A stretch of 64,000 bases of DNA from a bacterium (GTDB taxonomy: Bacteria > Patescibacteriota > Minisyncoccia > UBA6257 > UBA9933): NCBI GenBank assembly GCA_021796335.1, contig JAJYHZ010000002.1, positions 192,998 to 256,997 of the forward strand, given 5' to 3'. The notes beneath the pieces are model-generated. The model had not been told where the DNA came from and made no database searches. It saw nothing but the letters and a program-made list of their open reading frames with translations. Made by a program: the position numbers and the translations under genes. This document shows, one piece after another, positions 19,399 through 28,858 of this stretch. Each line of letters begins with the position of its first letter. Positions within the stretch are counted from its first letter, which is position 1.

Positions 19399-20280
19399 AT
19401 GGATATGCAACCGGTTCAGCCGCAAGTAAATTCAAACCTTTTAAATATCGGGGATTTGTTCAGAGAATCATGGCGATTATTTAAAAAGAAATACGCAACC
19501 CTATTGGGATTATTGCTGGTTCCTTTCGGCGCTTTGATTGCAAGCGCCATCTTAGTTTTATTACTGAGTTTTCTGGGCGCAGATACAACTGCATTCAGGA
19601 TTTTTGTAATCGTATTATTTGTGATTGTCGGAATTATTTTTAGTTTGTGGTCCAAAGCGGCTATGTTTTATTCGGCAAGTTTTGACGGTCGATTTAAAGA
19701 ATCTTTGAGAAAAACCTGGCCGAAAGTTCTTCCGTTTTTTATTCTGGAATTGTTCGTTTTAATTTCAGTTCTGGCGGGATTTATCATCCTCATTATTCCG
19801 GGAATTATATTTTATATTTGGTTTGAATTTGCCGTTTTGATTTTGATCAATGAAAATGATCAAGGAATAAATGCTTTGGCAAAAAGCAAAGAATATGTGA
19901 GAGGAAATTGGTGGCCGATTTTCGGAAGAATTTTTATCCTTTTTCTTTTAAGCCTGGTGGCGTCTTTATTGACAAAAATATTTCCAAATTTTATCGGGCA
20001 GATTTTATCGGCAATATATTTACTGATTTATTCGCCGTTTTCCATAGTTTATTTGTATGTTATTTATAAAAATTTGAGAGAGTTGAAGCCGGGAATATCA
20101 GTGGATCAGAAAGAGGCGAAAACTTTGAAAATTTTTGTAATAGTCGGGGCTGTTTTAGTGGCAGTTGTCGGGTATATTTTAGGGTATGCGTTGATGAATG
20201 CTTCCAAAAACACTTTTTGTGACGGTAATAACTTTAATTGCACAAGTACTTCCAATTATCAATTAATAAGGAAAAAGTGA
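19399..20280 (+). CDS. hypothetical polytopic membrane protein
   Basis: ~6 TM helices, no recognisable catalytic motif. Confidence 0.45.
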   Translation: MDMQPVQPQVNSNLLNIGDLFRESWRLFKKKYATLLGLLLVPFGALIASAILVLLLSFLGADTTAFRIFVIVLFVIVGIIFSLWSKAAMFYSASFDGRFKESLRKTWPKVLPFFILELFVLISVLAGFIILIIPGIIFYIWFEFAVLILINENDQGINALAKSKEYVRGNWWPIFGRIFILFLLSLVASLLTKIFPNFIGQILSAIYLLIYSPFSIVYLYVIYKNLRELKPGISVDQKEAKTLKIFVIVGAVLVAVVGYILGYALMNASKNTFCDGNNFNCTSTSNYQLIRKK

Positions 20281-20438
20281 AGTGCATTTTTACTTTAGCC
20301 TATTTGTGGCGGGCGAGTATGGATTACAGAATTGTTTTCCATGTGTTTGATAGTGAACTTTTTACTAGGTTGTTTTTGTGTTATAATAATAATTAGATAA
20401 TTTCTCCATTTAAAAAAATCCAATACAGGAGGTGCGTT

Positions 20439-21215
20439 TTGAGACAATCACTTTTTTTGCTCGGCTTGTTTATGGTCCTTTTTTTGTTTGCTTGTGGAGG
20501 TGGCGGAGGAATTGGCGGCAATAGCGTGAATACATCAAACTCCAATACTCCTTCGGTTAATAATGACATTGTCTCCGATTCCAATAACAGTCCCGATTAC
20601 CAGGGTCAGAACCAAAGGGCGACGAACCCCGTGGCTCAGCCTGACGCTTTTATTCAGGGAACAACTATAGGCAATTGGCCTGGGCCGGAAACCGGCGTTT
20701 TTGAAACCGGATTCATGCCCAATCCCGGTGTTTTATATCCGGTTTCTGGGCCGTTTTCCATTACGCATGATTATTGCAAGCTAGGCTCTTTTTTCTATTA
20801 CAAGCGCGAGGGATATTTGCATTGCGGCGATATCGGACGAGTTTGGACGGAATGCCCGATTGGTTGCATAAATGGAGCGTGTATAGCTCCGGACATAGTC
20901 GTAAAAAATCCGATTACCGGAAACTATTGGACAAAAGGCAATGAGTATCCAATTGAATGGGATTCGAGCTTCGGTTATGTGTCGTCCGATGTATTCATTT
21001 CTCTTTCTTTTTTTTATAACGGGACAATGCAACGGGCCGGCATCGCCAATGTTTCTAACAGCGGGTCTTATATGTGGAAAGTGTGGGGAGGAATTAAGGG
21101 CGTGGACCTTACGAAAGCTTATTGTAAAATAGAGATAAAAGGGAAAGATTTTTCCGGAGCGGATGTGCTGGGTGTCAGTCCGGTTTTTTATATTGTAAAT
21201 CTTCCTTCAAATTAG
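20439..21215 (+). CDS. hypothetical Cys-rich lipoprotein
   Basis: signal peptide with lipobox LFAC, Gly-rich linker GGGGGIGGN, Cys-rich globular region. Confidence 0.5.
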   Translation: MRQSLFLLGLFMVLFLFACGGGGGIGGNSVNTSNSNTPSVNNDIVSDSNNSPDYQGQNQRATNPVAQPDAFIQGTTIGNWPGPETGVFETGFMPNPGVLYPVSGPFSITHDYCKLGSFFYYKREGYLHCGDIGRVWTECPIGCINGACIAPDIVVKNPITGNYWTKGNEYPIEWDSSFGYVSSDVFISLSFFYNGTMQRAGIANVSNSGSYMWKVWGGIKGVDLTKAYCKIEIKGKDFSGADVLGVSPVFYIVNLPSN

Positions 21216-21234
21216 CTAAAATTTCAAATTATCT

Positions 21235-21258
21235 GCCCCGCTTAAAGCGGGGCATTTT
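21235..21258 (+). terminator. rho-independent terminator
   Basis: gccccgc-ttaaa-gcggggc + attttca. Confidence 0.6.
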
Positions 21259-21260
21259 CA

Positions 21261-21294
21261 ATCGTATATCTTGACGATCGTCAAGATATACGAT
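21261..21294. repeat. palindrome family A copy 1 (atcgtatatcttgacgatcgtcaagatatacgat)
   Basis: perfect 34-bp inverted repeat; variant of 38-bp palindromes at 34471 and 35096. Confidence 0.8.
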
Positions 21295-21727
21295 CATTCA
21301 ATCTATAAACCCCTGGTGCAACCAGGGTTATGTTTGAAGGTGACGCTATATGCATATAATGCAATTAAACACAGTCAAAAAAACAATAATTTTTAGCACA
21401 GGCGTGCCATATAATTGATTTCAATCTCCATAATACCACGCTACGAATAAATTTATATAATTTAGATTAAATAATTTATTAATTATCACAAAGAATAGCC
21501 GGCGATTAAGCCGGCAAAAACAATGCCATCGGATGTCAGTCTGATGGTCGTTTTGAATTATAAGACTCGGTTATCGCCTGAGCTTACTTACCGGCAGGCA
21601 GGCTTGTCAAAGGCATTTTTATATTTAAGCCAAAATTTTATCCCTCGAGAAATTCAGGAAATAAAATTTTAGCAGTTCGTAATTCAAAGCGAGATATTTT
21701 CTCGGATTTATCTGCTATAATAAATTT

Positions 21728-22177
21728 ATGAATATTTATATCGGCGCAGACCATCGGGGGTTCAAATTAAAAGAATCTCTGAAAAAATTTTTGGACAATA
21801 CGGAATATGAGGTGATTGATCTAGGGAATGATCATTACGACGAAGATGATGATTATCCCGATTTTGCAAAAAAAGTGGCGGAAAAAGTTTCAGAAGATCC
21901 GGAAAATAACAGGGGAATAGTGATTTGTCGATCCGGAGTAGGCGTTTCAGTAACGGCTAATAAATTTAAAAATGTGATCGCCGGGTTAATTTTTAATTCT
22001 GATCAGGCGCTGCTTAGCAGACGAGACGACAATGTAAATGTTTTGGCATTGGCTTCCGAATTTATAAATGGAGATAGCGCGGAAAGGATTGTTGATATAT
22101 GGTTAAGAACGCCGTTTTCCGGGAAAGAAAAAGATGAGCGCAGGTTGGAGAAAATCAAGGAAATTGAGAATGGCTGA
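21728..22177 (+). CDS. rpiB: ribose-5-phosphate isomerase B
   Basis: MNIYIGADHRGFKLKE...VICRSGVGVSVTANK RpiB/LacAB signature. Confidence 0.85.
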   Translation: MNIYIGADHRGFKLKESLKKFLDNTEYEVIDLGNDHYDEDDDYPDFAKKVAEKVSEDPENNRGIVICRSGVGVSVTANKFKNVIAGLIFNSDQALLSRRDDNVNVLALASEFINGDSAERIVDIWLRTPFSGKEKDERRLEKIKEIENG

Positions 22178-22346
22178 CGGCGAAGGGCGAATAGTAAATA
22201 GAAAATAACAAATCAAGAATATTTTATTCGGAACTTTTCCGATTTTTTGTTTTCCAATCAAATTTAGTATTTAATCGGTAATTAAAAATTTATTCGGCAG
22301 TGAAATTATTGACATCATTGCCGAATTTTTTTAGGATTATGGCAAT

Positions 22347-23168
22347 ATGGCTTCCAGATCTGAATTTATAAAAAGCAGGTCATTTGAAATCGCATGGGCG
22401 GTTTTTCGTTGTGCTGATTTGGTAAAAAAAGAAAAACTTAAAATAGAACTTGAGGGTGCGGCAGTTGAACTCGTCGCCAAACGAGAACAATTCAAAAGCC
22501 AAAAACATGGCAAGCTTGATTTGCCCCATATTGATAGTCTTCTGGCTATAATAAAATTAGCTGAGGCGGTTAATGAGATAAAGCCGATAAATGCCAAAGT
22601 GCTTTACCGTGAACTGGATAACTTATTAAGAGCTATAAAAGAAGAATTATTTGAAATAGAGAAAGAAGATCGGGAAACTGGAAGCTTAATCGAGGATATC
22701 TTTTCCAAGCCTCCAGCAATTATCCATACGGTTCAGGAAAAAGATATGAGTTCGGCAATTCGGCAAAATATTGATAATTTAGAAAGAACTGAGAAGAAAA
22801 GTGATTTAAAGGAGAGTTTGGCAAGTATTTTTATTGGGCAAGAATTCGGCAATTCGGCGAAATTTACTCACGGGAATTCAAATAAAGCTGTTTTCGACAA
22901 TTCGGCAAATAATAATGCCAAACCAAATTCGGCAGATAATAAAAAAACAGCGGTTTTAGACGAAGGGCAATTGGACTCCTGGCAAGGCCTTATATATAAG
23001 AAGGTAAAAGAATTGGGGTCTATTTCGACCAGGGAAATTTCGGCATTTTTTCCGGAAATAAGCGAAAGAACAGTCAGGTTTTATTTACAAAAGCTGGTGG
23101 AATCAGGGTTTGTTGAAAAAATAGGGAGTACCGGTCCCGGCAGCTACTACAAACTTCCTAATAAGTAA
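22347..23168 (+). CDS. hypothetical protein with C-terminal winged-helix DNA-binding domain and internal NSA-repeat low-complexity region
   Basis: C-terminus ISTREISAFFPEISERTVRFYLQKLVESGFVEK wHTH-like; repeats encoded by iterated aattcggca. Confidence 0.4.
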   Translation: MASRSEFIKSRSFEIAWAVFRCADLVKKEKLKIELEGAAVELVAKREQFKSQKHGKLDLPHIDSLLAIIKLAEAVNEIKPINAKVLYRELDNLLRAIKEELFEIEKEDRETGSLIEDIFSKPPAIIHTVQEKDMSSAIRQNIDNLERTEKKSDLKESLASIFIGQEFGNSAKFTHGNSNKAVFDNSANNNAKPNSADNKKTAVLDEGQLDSWQGLIYKKVKELGSISTREISAFFPEISERTVRFYLQKLVESGFVEKIGSTGPGSYYKLPNK

Positions 23169-23613
23169 TCGGCAAGTAAATACTCGGTAGTTCGGCAAGG
23201 ATTACTATAAGTAGTTTGGCATTAAGTCTAATATTCGACGATCCTGCTGCCGGCAGGCAGGCGTCAAATATTAGATCGGAAATTAAAAATTAGTCTTTAT
23301 TCCAATAAATGAAACAATTTACCCTATATCAGCGTTTTCCTTACAAATCCCTTTTTGGGAGCAGGTTGATTCGATGTCTCGCGAAAGCGGCTGTACAGAG
23401 GATTGACAAAAGAATAAAGCAATTTTAGAATTAATTATTATATTGGTTTGCCCGGTTAACGGGGCAGACCTGCCGGAAGAAATTTAGAACGCATAAATTT
23501 CTACGGGGTTTAGAGTGAGGCTAAACCCAAGGATAGTTATAAGCATTAGTTTTTAGTGATTAGAATTTTACTGATTACTAACGACTGATATCTAACAACT
23601 AATCACTTTTTTA

Positions 23614-23640
23614 GTCTCGCTCAAAAGCGAGTTTTTATTT
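23614..23640 (+). terminator. rho-independent terminator within S-layer gene upstream region
   Basis: ctcgc-tcaaaa-gcgag + tttttattt. Confidence 0.6.
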
Positions 23641-23803
23641 GTTATTAGGACTGTTCTTTTTGTAAAACTGCCACCTAATCCTCACGAGGGTTCGGTAGTT
23701 GGTCGATTATAGATAGGATAGTCTTCTGAAATTCGGTTTTTGTACGATAAAAATTTGTCGTAAAACAAAACAATTAAATTAGTAAATAAAAATTTAGTTC
23801 AAA

Positions 23804-26800
23804 ATGAGTAATATAATCAGAAAGATCGCAGTTGTAGGGCTTTCAGCAACCACTGTGTTGTCTTTTTCTGGAGTTATTTTCTCAGCTTCAGCCGCAACTG
23901 CCGCTGATATCCAAGCCCAAATTCAGGCTTTGGAAACTCAGCTCGCAGCTTTGCAGTCGCAGCTCGGAACCACTTCGGGAACAACTGCTTCAGCAACCAC
24001 TTTTACTCGCAACCTCACTGTGGGTTCAAGAGGAACTGAAGTTTCAGCCTTACAGCAAATTTTGATTAACGCGGGCTTTTTGAAGATCGCTACTCCGACC
24101 ACCTACTTTGGTCCTTTGACAAAAGCAGCTTTGGCTAAATATCAGGCAGCTAATGGCATTAAGCCGGCTGTCGGATATTTCGGACCGATCACAAGAGCTT
24201 ACGTTAATTCATTACAAACAACAACCGGAACTGGAACCGGCACTGGTACTGGAACAGGTACTGGCACTGGAACCGGAACTGGAACCACAACGCCGGCAGC
24301 CGCTGGTTTGACAGTCTCATTGGCTTCAGACAATCCGGCAGCCGCAAGCATTCCTCGAAATTACACTGGACAGGGATCAGAGTTGGTTCCTGTGATGAAA
24401 GTTAATTTCGCAGCAGGAAGCAATGCCGTTACCGTAACCGATTTGAAAGTCAACCGATCAGGCCTTTCAGCCGACAGTGACATTCAAAATGTTTACCTTA
24501 TGGATGGAAGCAATGTAATTGCAACCAACTTAAGCATCAGCAGCGGTGTTATTGATTTCAATAACGGCGCAGGTTTGTTTACGGTTAACGCAAATCAAAC
24601 AAAAGAACTGATTGTTGCAATCAGCTTGGTTGATAGTGTAGCTGCAGGATCAACCTATCAGTTTTCTATTGCCAGCGCTTCATCAGTTACAGCTGGCGGA
24701 GCTGCAATCAACGGAACATTTCCGGTTAGCGGTAATACTATGACTTCTGCTACAGTTACAACTCTTGGCGGAATTCAGATTACCGACAGCTCAACTGGAA
24801 CTTCATCCCCAGGATTATCAGTAAATGCCGGACAAACTCAGTTCCAGGTTGGACAGTTCTCAATTCAGGCGCAGCAGCAATCAATGCAAGTTAAATCAAT
24901 CAAACTTACTTCGGTTGGAAGCGTAGCCTCAACTGATGTACAGAATTTCAAGTTATACAATGGCGGAACTTTGTTGGCCACTGTTCCTTCAGTTGGCTCA
25001 AACAATACCGTTTTGTTTGACTTGTCAGCTAGTCCGTTGCAATTAACCTCGGGACAATCAGCTCAACTTTATGTTTATGCTGATGTTTTGGGCGGTGTAA
25101 ACCGATACTTCCAATTGTCAATCCAGCATGATTACGATGTAGTTGCGCAGGACTTGATGTTTAATATCGGCGTAACACCTTCATTGAACACCGGTTCATT
25201 CCCGATGTATTTGTCTTATGTCAACGTTCAAGCGGGAGCTTTGACTATTACCAAGGATGCAAACTCTCCGGTTAACTATCTGTTGCCGGGAGGAACCAAC
25301 CAAACCATTGCCAAGATTGATTTCCAGGCAACTGGCGAAGCGGTAAGAATCACAAGTTTCGCTGTTAACTTGGCAACTACTACTGGAACAACCGGAACAG
25401 TCTCTAACCTTAAGGTTATTGATGACCAGGGCGTTCAAATCGGTACGACTCAAACATCGCCGACTTTGGGCTCTGATATTTCTTACAGCAATTTGAATTA
25501 CATCATTCCAGCAAATACAACCAGAGTTCTCTCGGTTGTGGTTGATGTATCTTCAGGTTATTCCGGAACATTGCAAGGTACTATAAAGACTATTGTTGGC
25601 CAGGGATACACTTCTCTTGCCTCAATAAGCAATGCTTCCGGTCAGAGCGGCAATTCTTTGACTGCCAACAGCACTCTTTTGAGCGTTGCTCAAAACGGTT
25701 CATTGGGAACAGTCAGCGTTGTTGCCGGACAATCCAATGCCCACATCGCTTCATTTAACTTGACAGCGGGCGCGGCAAGCGGAGTCAGCGTTTCCAACAT
25801 TTCTTTGACCACCGATTCAAAGGCTGGATCAGTACTGAAGAATTTGGTTGTTAAAGTTGGAGGAACTCAGATCGGAACAACTCAGGGCACTGTCAGCGCA
25901 AGCACTGCTTACACTTTCACTGCCTCAACTCCGATTACAATTGCGGCAGGAGGACAGCAGACTGTTGACGTATATGCCGATGTCCAGAGCGGAGCTTCTA
26001 ACGGTACTACAACCATTACCAGCCTTTCCGGCGTATCGGCTATCGCTTCCGCAACAAATCAGGCAATCACCGGAGTTCCGAGTTCTGCAGTAGCCGGTCA
26101 AACCGACACTGTAGCAACTGCCGGAACAATGACTTATGCTGGTTACAACATGCCGGCTGCACAGCAGGTTGGCATGGGAACAACCGGTATCAAGATTGCT
26201 TCATACTTGTTGACAGGTTCTAACAGCGAAGCTATCAACGTTAATAACGTTACGGTAAATTCAACATCGTCAATTGCCGGTTTGCTTTCAAATTACACTT
26301 TGAAAGTCGGCGGAACCACTTATGGCACTCCGTTAACACCGGGATCAGGAACAACAACCTCATTGACATTTGTTGGAACCAATATTCCTGTTGCTCAGAG
26401 CGGAACTGTTGAATTGGATCTTTATGCAGACGCAAACTCATATTCTAATTTGAGCGGCGTTTACACATCGACCAATACGCCTGCAACGGTTACTGTAGGT
26501 ATTCCTTCGATCACTTATCAGGGAACTGCTTCACAGAATACCGGAACTGCAACAAGCACCGATCAAAGCCAGACTTTGACAGTGGTTAGGTCATCCTTGG
26601 CAGCTTCAACTGCTTCGGGTGTTACCTATGGCGGTTCATACAGCAACTACTTGGTTGGCGCTTTCACATTCACTGCTGGAAGCGGCAACAATGTCAGTAT
26701 TTCCGCAATCAATCTTGGAGAATTGATTAACAATGCAAGCTCAAGTAAAACAACTACTACTTTGATCTTGTGGGATAACACTTTGGGACAGGCCGTTGAC

Positions 26801-27079
26801 TCCACCACTACAACTGTAGATGGAACTGGAGCTACAACTACGCTTGCTGCCGCAATTAATATCCCGGCTGGTACTTCTAAAACAATCGCTGTTTACTCAG
26901 ATGTAAGCGGATTTACTACGAAGCCAACCAATCAAACTTCTTCAATCACAGATCAGGTTAACCTGTTTGGCTGGACTTGGAGCGATGGTACAGTTACCAA
27001 TCTTACTCCGGATCCGCGATACAACTTGCCTACAGCGGCAATCACAGGATCAGCTAGCCCGGTCACGATCGTTCAGTAA
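23804..27079 (+). CDS. giant Thr/Ser-rich secreted surface (S-layer-like) protein with peptidoglycan-binding domain
   Basis: signal peptide, coiled-coil ADIQAQIQALETQLAALQSQL, PG_binding_1-like LTVGSRGTEVSALQQIL...AANGI, (TG)11 linker, >800 aa beta-rich T/S/G/A repeats; strong terminator downstream. Confidence 0.7.
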   Translation: MSNIIRKIAVVGLSATTVLSFSGVIFSASAATAADIQAQIQALETQLAALQSQLGTTSGTTASATTFTRNLTVGSRGTEVSALQQILINAGFLKIATPTTYFGPLTKAALAKYQAANGIKPAVGYFGPITRAYVNSLQTTTGTGTGTGTGTGTGTGTGTGTTTPAAAGLTVSLASDNPAAASIPRNYTGQGSELVPVMKVNFAAGSNAVTVTDLKVNRSGLSADSDIQNVYLMDGSNVIATNLSISSGVIDFNNGAGLFTVNANQTKELIVAISLVDSVAAGSTYQFSIASASSVTAGGAAINGTFPVSGNTMTSATVTTLGGIQITDSSTGTSSPGLSVNAGQTQFQVGQFSIQAQQQSMQVKSIKLTSVGSVASTDVQNFKLYNGGTLLATVPSVGSNNTVLFDLSASPLQLTSGQSAQLYVYADVLGGVNRYFQLSIQHDYDVVAQDLMFNIGVTPSLNTGSFPMYLSYVNVQAGALTITKDANSPVNYLLPGGTNQTIAKIDFQATGEAVRITSFAVNLATTTGTTGTVSNLKVIDDQGVQIGTTQTSPTLGSDISYSNLNYIIPANTTRVLSVVVDVSSGYSGTLQGTIKTIVGQGYTSLASISNASGQSGNSLTANSTLLSVAQNGSLGTVSVVAGQSNAHIASFNLTAGAASGVSVSNISLTTDSKAGSVLKNLVVKVGGTQIGTTQGTVSASTAYTFTASTPITIAAGGQQTVDVYADVQSGASNGTTTITSLSGVSAIASATNQAITGVPSSAVAGQTDTVATAGTMTYAGYNMPAAQQVGMGTTGIKIASYLLTGSNSEAINVNNVTVNSTSSIAGLLSNYTLKVGGTTYGTPLTPGSGTTTSLTFVGTNIPVAQSGTVELDLYADANSYSNLSGVYTSTNTPATVTVGIPSITYQGTASQNTGTATSTDQSQTLTVVRSSLAASTASGVTYGGSYSNYLVGAFTFTAGSGNNVSISAINLGELINNASSSKTTTTLILWDNTLGQAVDSTTTTVDGTGATTTLAAAINIPAGTSKTIAVYSDVSGFTTKPTNQTSSITDQVNLFGWTWSDGTVTNLTPDPRYNLPTAAITGSASPVTIVQ
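24234..24286 (+). repeat. in-frame hexanucleotide (ACNGGN)n tract encoding (Thr-Gly)n
   Basis: accgga actgga accggc actggt actgga acaggt actggc actgga accgga actgga acc. Confidence 0.8.
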
Positions 27080-27108
27080 AGATAGTTTTCCGATAGCACA
27101 TAATCGGA

Positions 27109-27140
27109 TTGCAAAACCCCTCGAAAGAGGGGTTTTGTTT
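27109..27140 (+). terminator. strong rho-independent terminator after S-layer-like gene
   Basis: aaacccctc-gaaa-gaggggttt + tgtttttg. Confidence 0.85.
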
Positions 27141-27182
27141 TTGCGTTTTTGCGTATATGCGTATATGTATATGATGAACTTT

Positions 27183-27229
27183 CCAATCAAATTTTGAGCG
27201 ATCGCTCAAAATTTGATTGGTTATCCACA
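27183..27229. repeat. palindrome family B copy 2 (38-bp perfect) immediately followed by TTATCCACA DnaA-box consensus
   Basis: ccaatcaaattttgagcgatcgctcaaaatttgattgg + ttatccaca; ~70 bp upstream of 27301 gene and its TATAAT-like -10. Confidence 0.8.
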
Positions 27230-27300
27230 GAGAAGTTATTTAAAGAATTGCCGTATTATTTGTTATAATTTATTCACATTATATTAATCTTGATAGGGTC

Positions 27301-27852
27301 ATGATAATACATCATATTTTGGAAATAATCAGGGCAGCCGGAATTATTTCGGCTGATGTCGCTTTTACCGATTATCACACTTCTTATAGGAGGATGCGGC
27401 GGATGATGAGATATGGAGTTGATTCTTACTTGGAATTAAACGATTTTAAAAAACATAAGGAGTCCGAGAGAAACAGGTTTAACAGCCTCCTTTGGTATTT
27501 GAAGAAAAAAGGATTGATTGAACGGAAAAAAGGTAATAAATGGAAGATAACGGAAGGCGGAATAAAATGGCTAAAGACGCATTCTCATAAATTGATTCCG
27601 TTTGAAAGCAATGAATTAAAAAAGGGAGAGAAAATAATAATTATTTTCGATATCCCCGAGAAAAGCAAAAAGAAACGAGATTGGCTTAGGAAAAGTTTGG
27701 TTAACATCGATTTTAAAATGCTTCAAAAGAGCGTGTGGATGGGAGATTCGAAATTGCCGGAGGAATTCATTTTGGAAATGAAAAATTTAAACATAATTTC
27801 CTATATCCATATATTTTCGATTAAAGAGAAGGGATCGATTGATTTTAAATAG
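27301..27852 (+). CDS. wHTH + Cas2/VapD-like domain protein (PaaX-like architecture), paralog 1
   Basis: C-terminal IIIFDIPEKSKKKRDWLRKSLVNIDFKMLQKSVWMG matches Cas2 pattern (hhhYDh..KRR.kh.k.L..yG.R.Q.SVF); N-terminal LWYLKKKGLIERKKGNKWKITEGG wing-like; paralog at 34536. Confidence 0.5.
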   Translation: MIIHHILEIIRAAGIISADVAFTDYHTSYRRMRRMMRYGVDSYLELNDFKKHKESERNRFNSLLWYLKKKGLIERKKGNKWKITEGGIKWLKTHSHKLIPFESNELKKGEKIIIIFDIPEKSKKKRDWLRKSLVNIDFKMLQKSVWMGDSKLPEEFILEMKNLNIISYIHIFSIKEKGSIDFK

Positions 27853-27922
27853 AAAGCCTATTTTTTGGAAAACCGCGGACGTAGGATGTAAGCCTGCGGA
27901 TATTTTCGCTTTCGATTTTCTC

Positions 27923-27960
27923 CCAATCAAATTTTGAGCGATCGCTCAAAATTTGATTGG
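27923..27960. repeat. palindrome family B copy 3 (38-bp perfect), immediately downstream of 27301 gene
   Basis: identical to 27183-27220; followed by degenerate box ggatgtccaca. Confidence 0.8.
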
Positions 27961-28215
27961 ATGTCCACATTTGATATTCGGTTTTATTTTTTATAATGGA
28001 ATTAAGCCTTGTGAGGGGGCTGGATATTTTAATTAAATAGTTTTCATTTGCTGTGGAAAGTATTTTAGGGTCTATGAGTATACAGCTCCCTCAGAAATCT
28101 TTTATAAAAATTTTTAATTGAACTACGCCGTTTTCGGCGTATTTTTGGTTGAAAGAATGTTAAGTAATTGCGATTTATGAATTTAAATAACTTTTAGTTG
28201 CGAATCGTGCGCTTT

Positions 28216-28280
28216 GTCATTTTGATTCACTCGCTGGCGAAGAAAGGGATTCTTTCCCGCCTTTGGCGGACCAGGATGAC
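28216..28280. repeat. MITE-like dispersed repeat copy 2 (gtcattttga...cgcctttggcggaccaggatgac)
   Basis: aligns with 13560-13639 copy over both ends. Confidence 0.55.
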
Positions 28281-28318
28281 AGCAAGCAAGTTTGCAGTTA
28301 AAAGTAAATAAATAAAAT

Positions 28319-28858
28319 ATGACTGAATTTAATCAAAACAACAAGAAGTTTAAAAGCAAATATTGGAAATTTGTCGCCGGATTTTTTATTTTAATATTTT
28401 TGGCGATTGCCGGGTATGCTGTTTGGAACAAATATTTCGGTTCTGAAGCTAGGGCTATAAGAGCGAAACAAAAACAAATTCAATTTACTTTGGACGCGCA
28501 GAAAAAATACGAAGAGGCGATGAAAAACGACACGTACGGCGGCAAAACTCCGGAGGAAACTTTACAGATGTTTACGGGCGCTTTAAAGAAGGGTGATATT
28601 GATTTAGCGAGCAAGTATTTTGTTTTAAGAGAAGACGGAAGTGTTGATCCAAAGTGGGTGGAGGGATTGGGAAAAGAAAAAACGGATGGGAGATTGCAAC
28701 AAATTATAGGCATTATTCAAAGGTCAAAATCTGATTCAGCTCAATTAACTGATTACTCAGCTTGGTTTACCGTAGATGATAATTCAGGGATGGCTGAATA
28801 TACAATAATTTTAAATTTAGATAAGCAATCAGGAATATGGAAAATAGAAAGCTTGTAG
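28319..28858 (+). CDS. membrane-anchored hypothetical protein (N-terminal TM, extracytoplasmic domain)
   Basis: single TM WKFVAGFFILIFLAIAGYAVW; 22-bp overlap with downstream giant gene suggests operon. Confidence 0.45.
   Translation: MTEFNQNNKKFKSKYWKFVAGFFILIFLAIAGYAVWNKYFGSEARAIRAKQKQIQFTLDAQKKYEEAMKNDTYGGKTPEETLQMFTGALKKGDIDLASKYFVLREDGSVDPKWVEGLGKEKTDGRLQQIIGIIQRSKSDSAQLTDYSAWFTVDDNSGMAEYTIILNLDKQSGIWKIESL

Noticed and set aside
23440-23500. Possible SRP (4.5S) RNA because of ccggaag inside a hairpin
   Set aside because: The conserved domain IV motifs (GGAA tetraloop context and AGCAG) are absent. The resemblance is limited to a 7-mer.
9615-27229. DnaA boxes as the chromosomal oriC
   Set aside because: Only two perfect boxes were found. 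There is no dnaA or dnaN nearby, no AT-rich unwinding element cluster, and no strand-bias switch visible in gene orientation here. The boxes are reported as an observation only.
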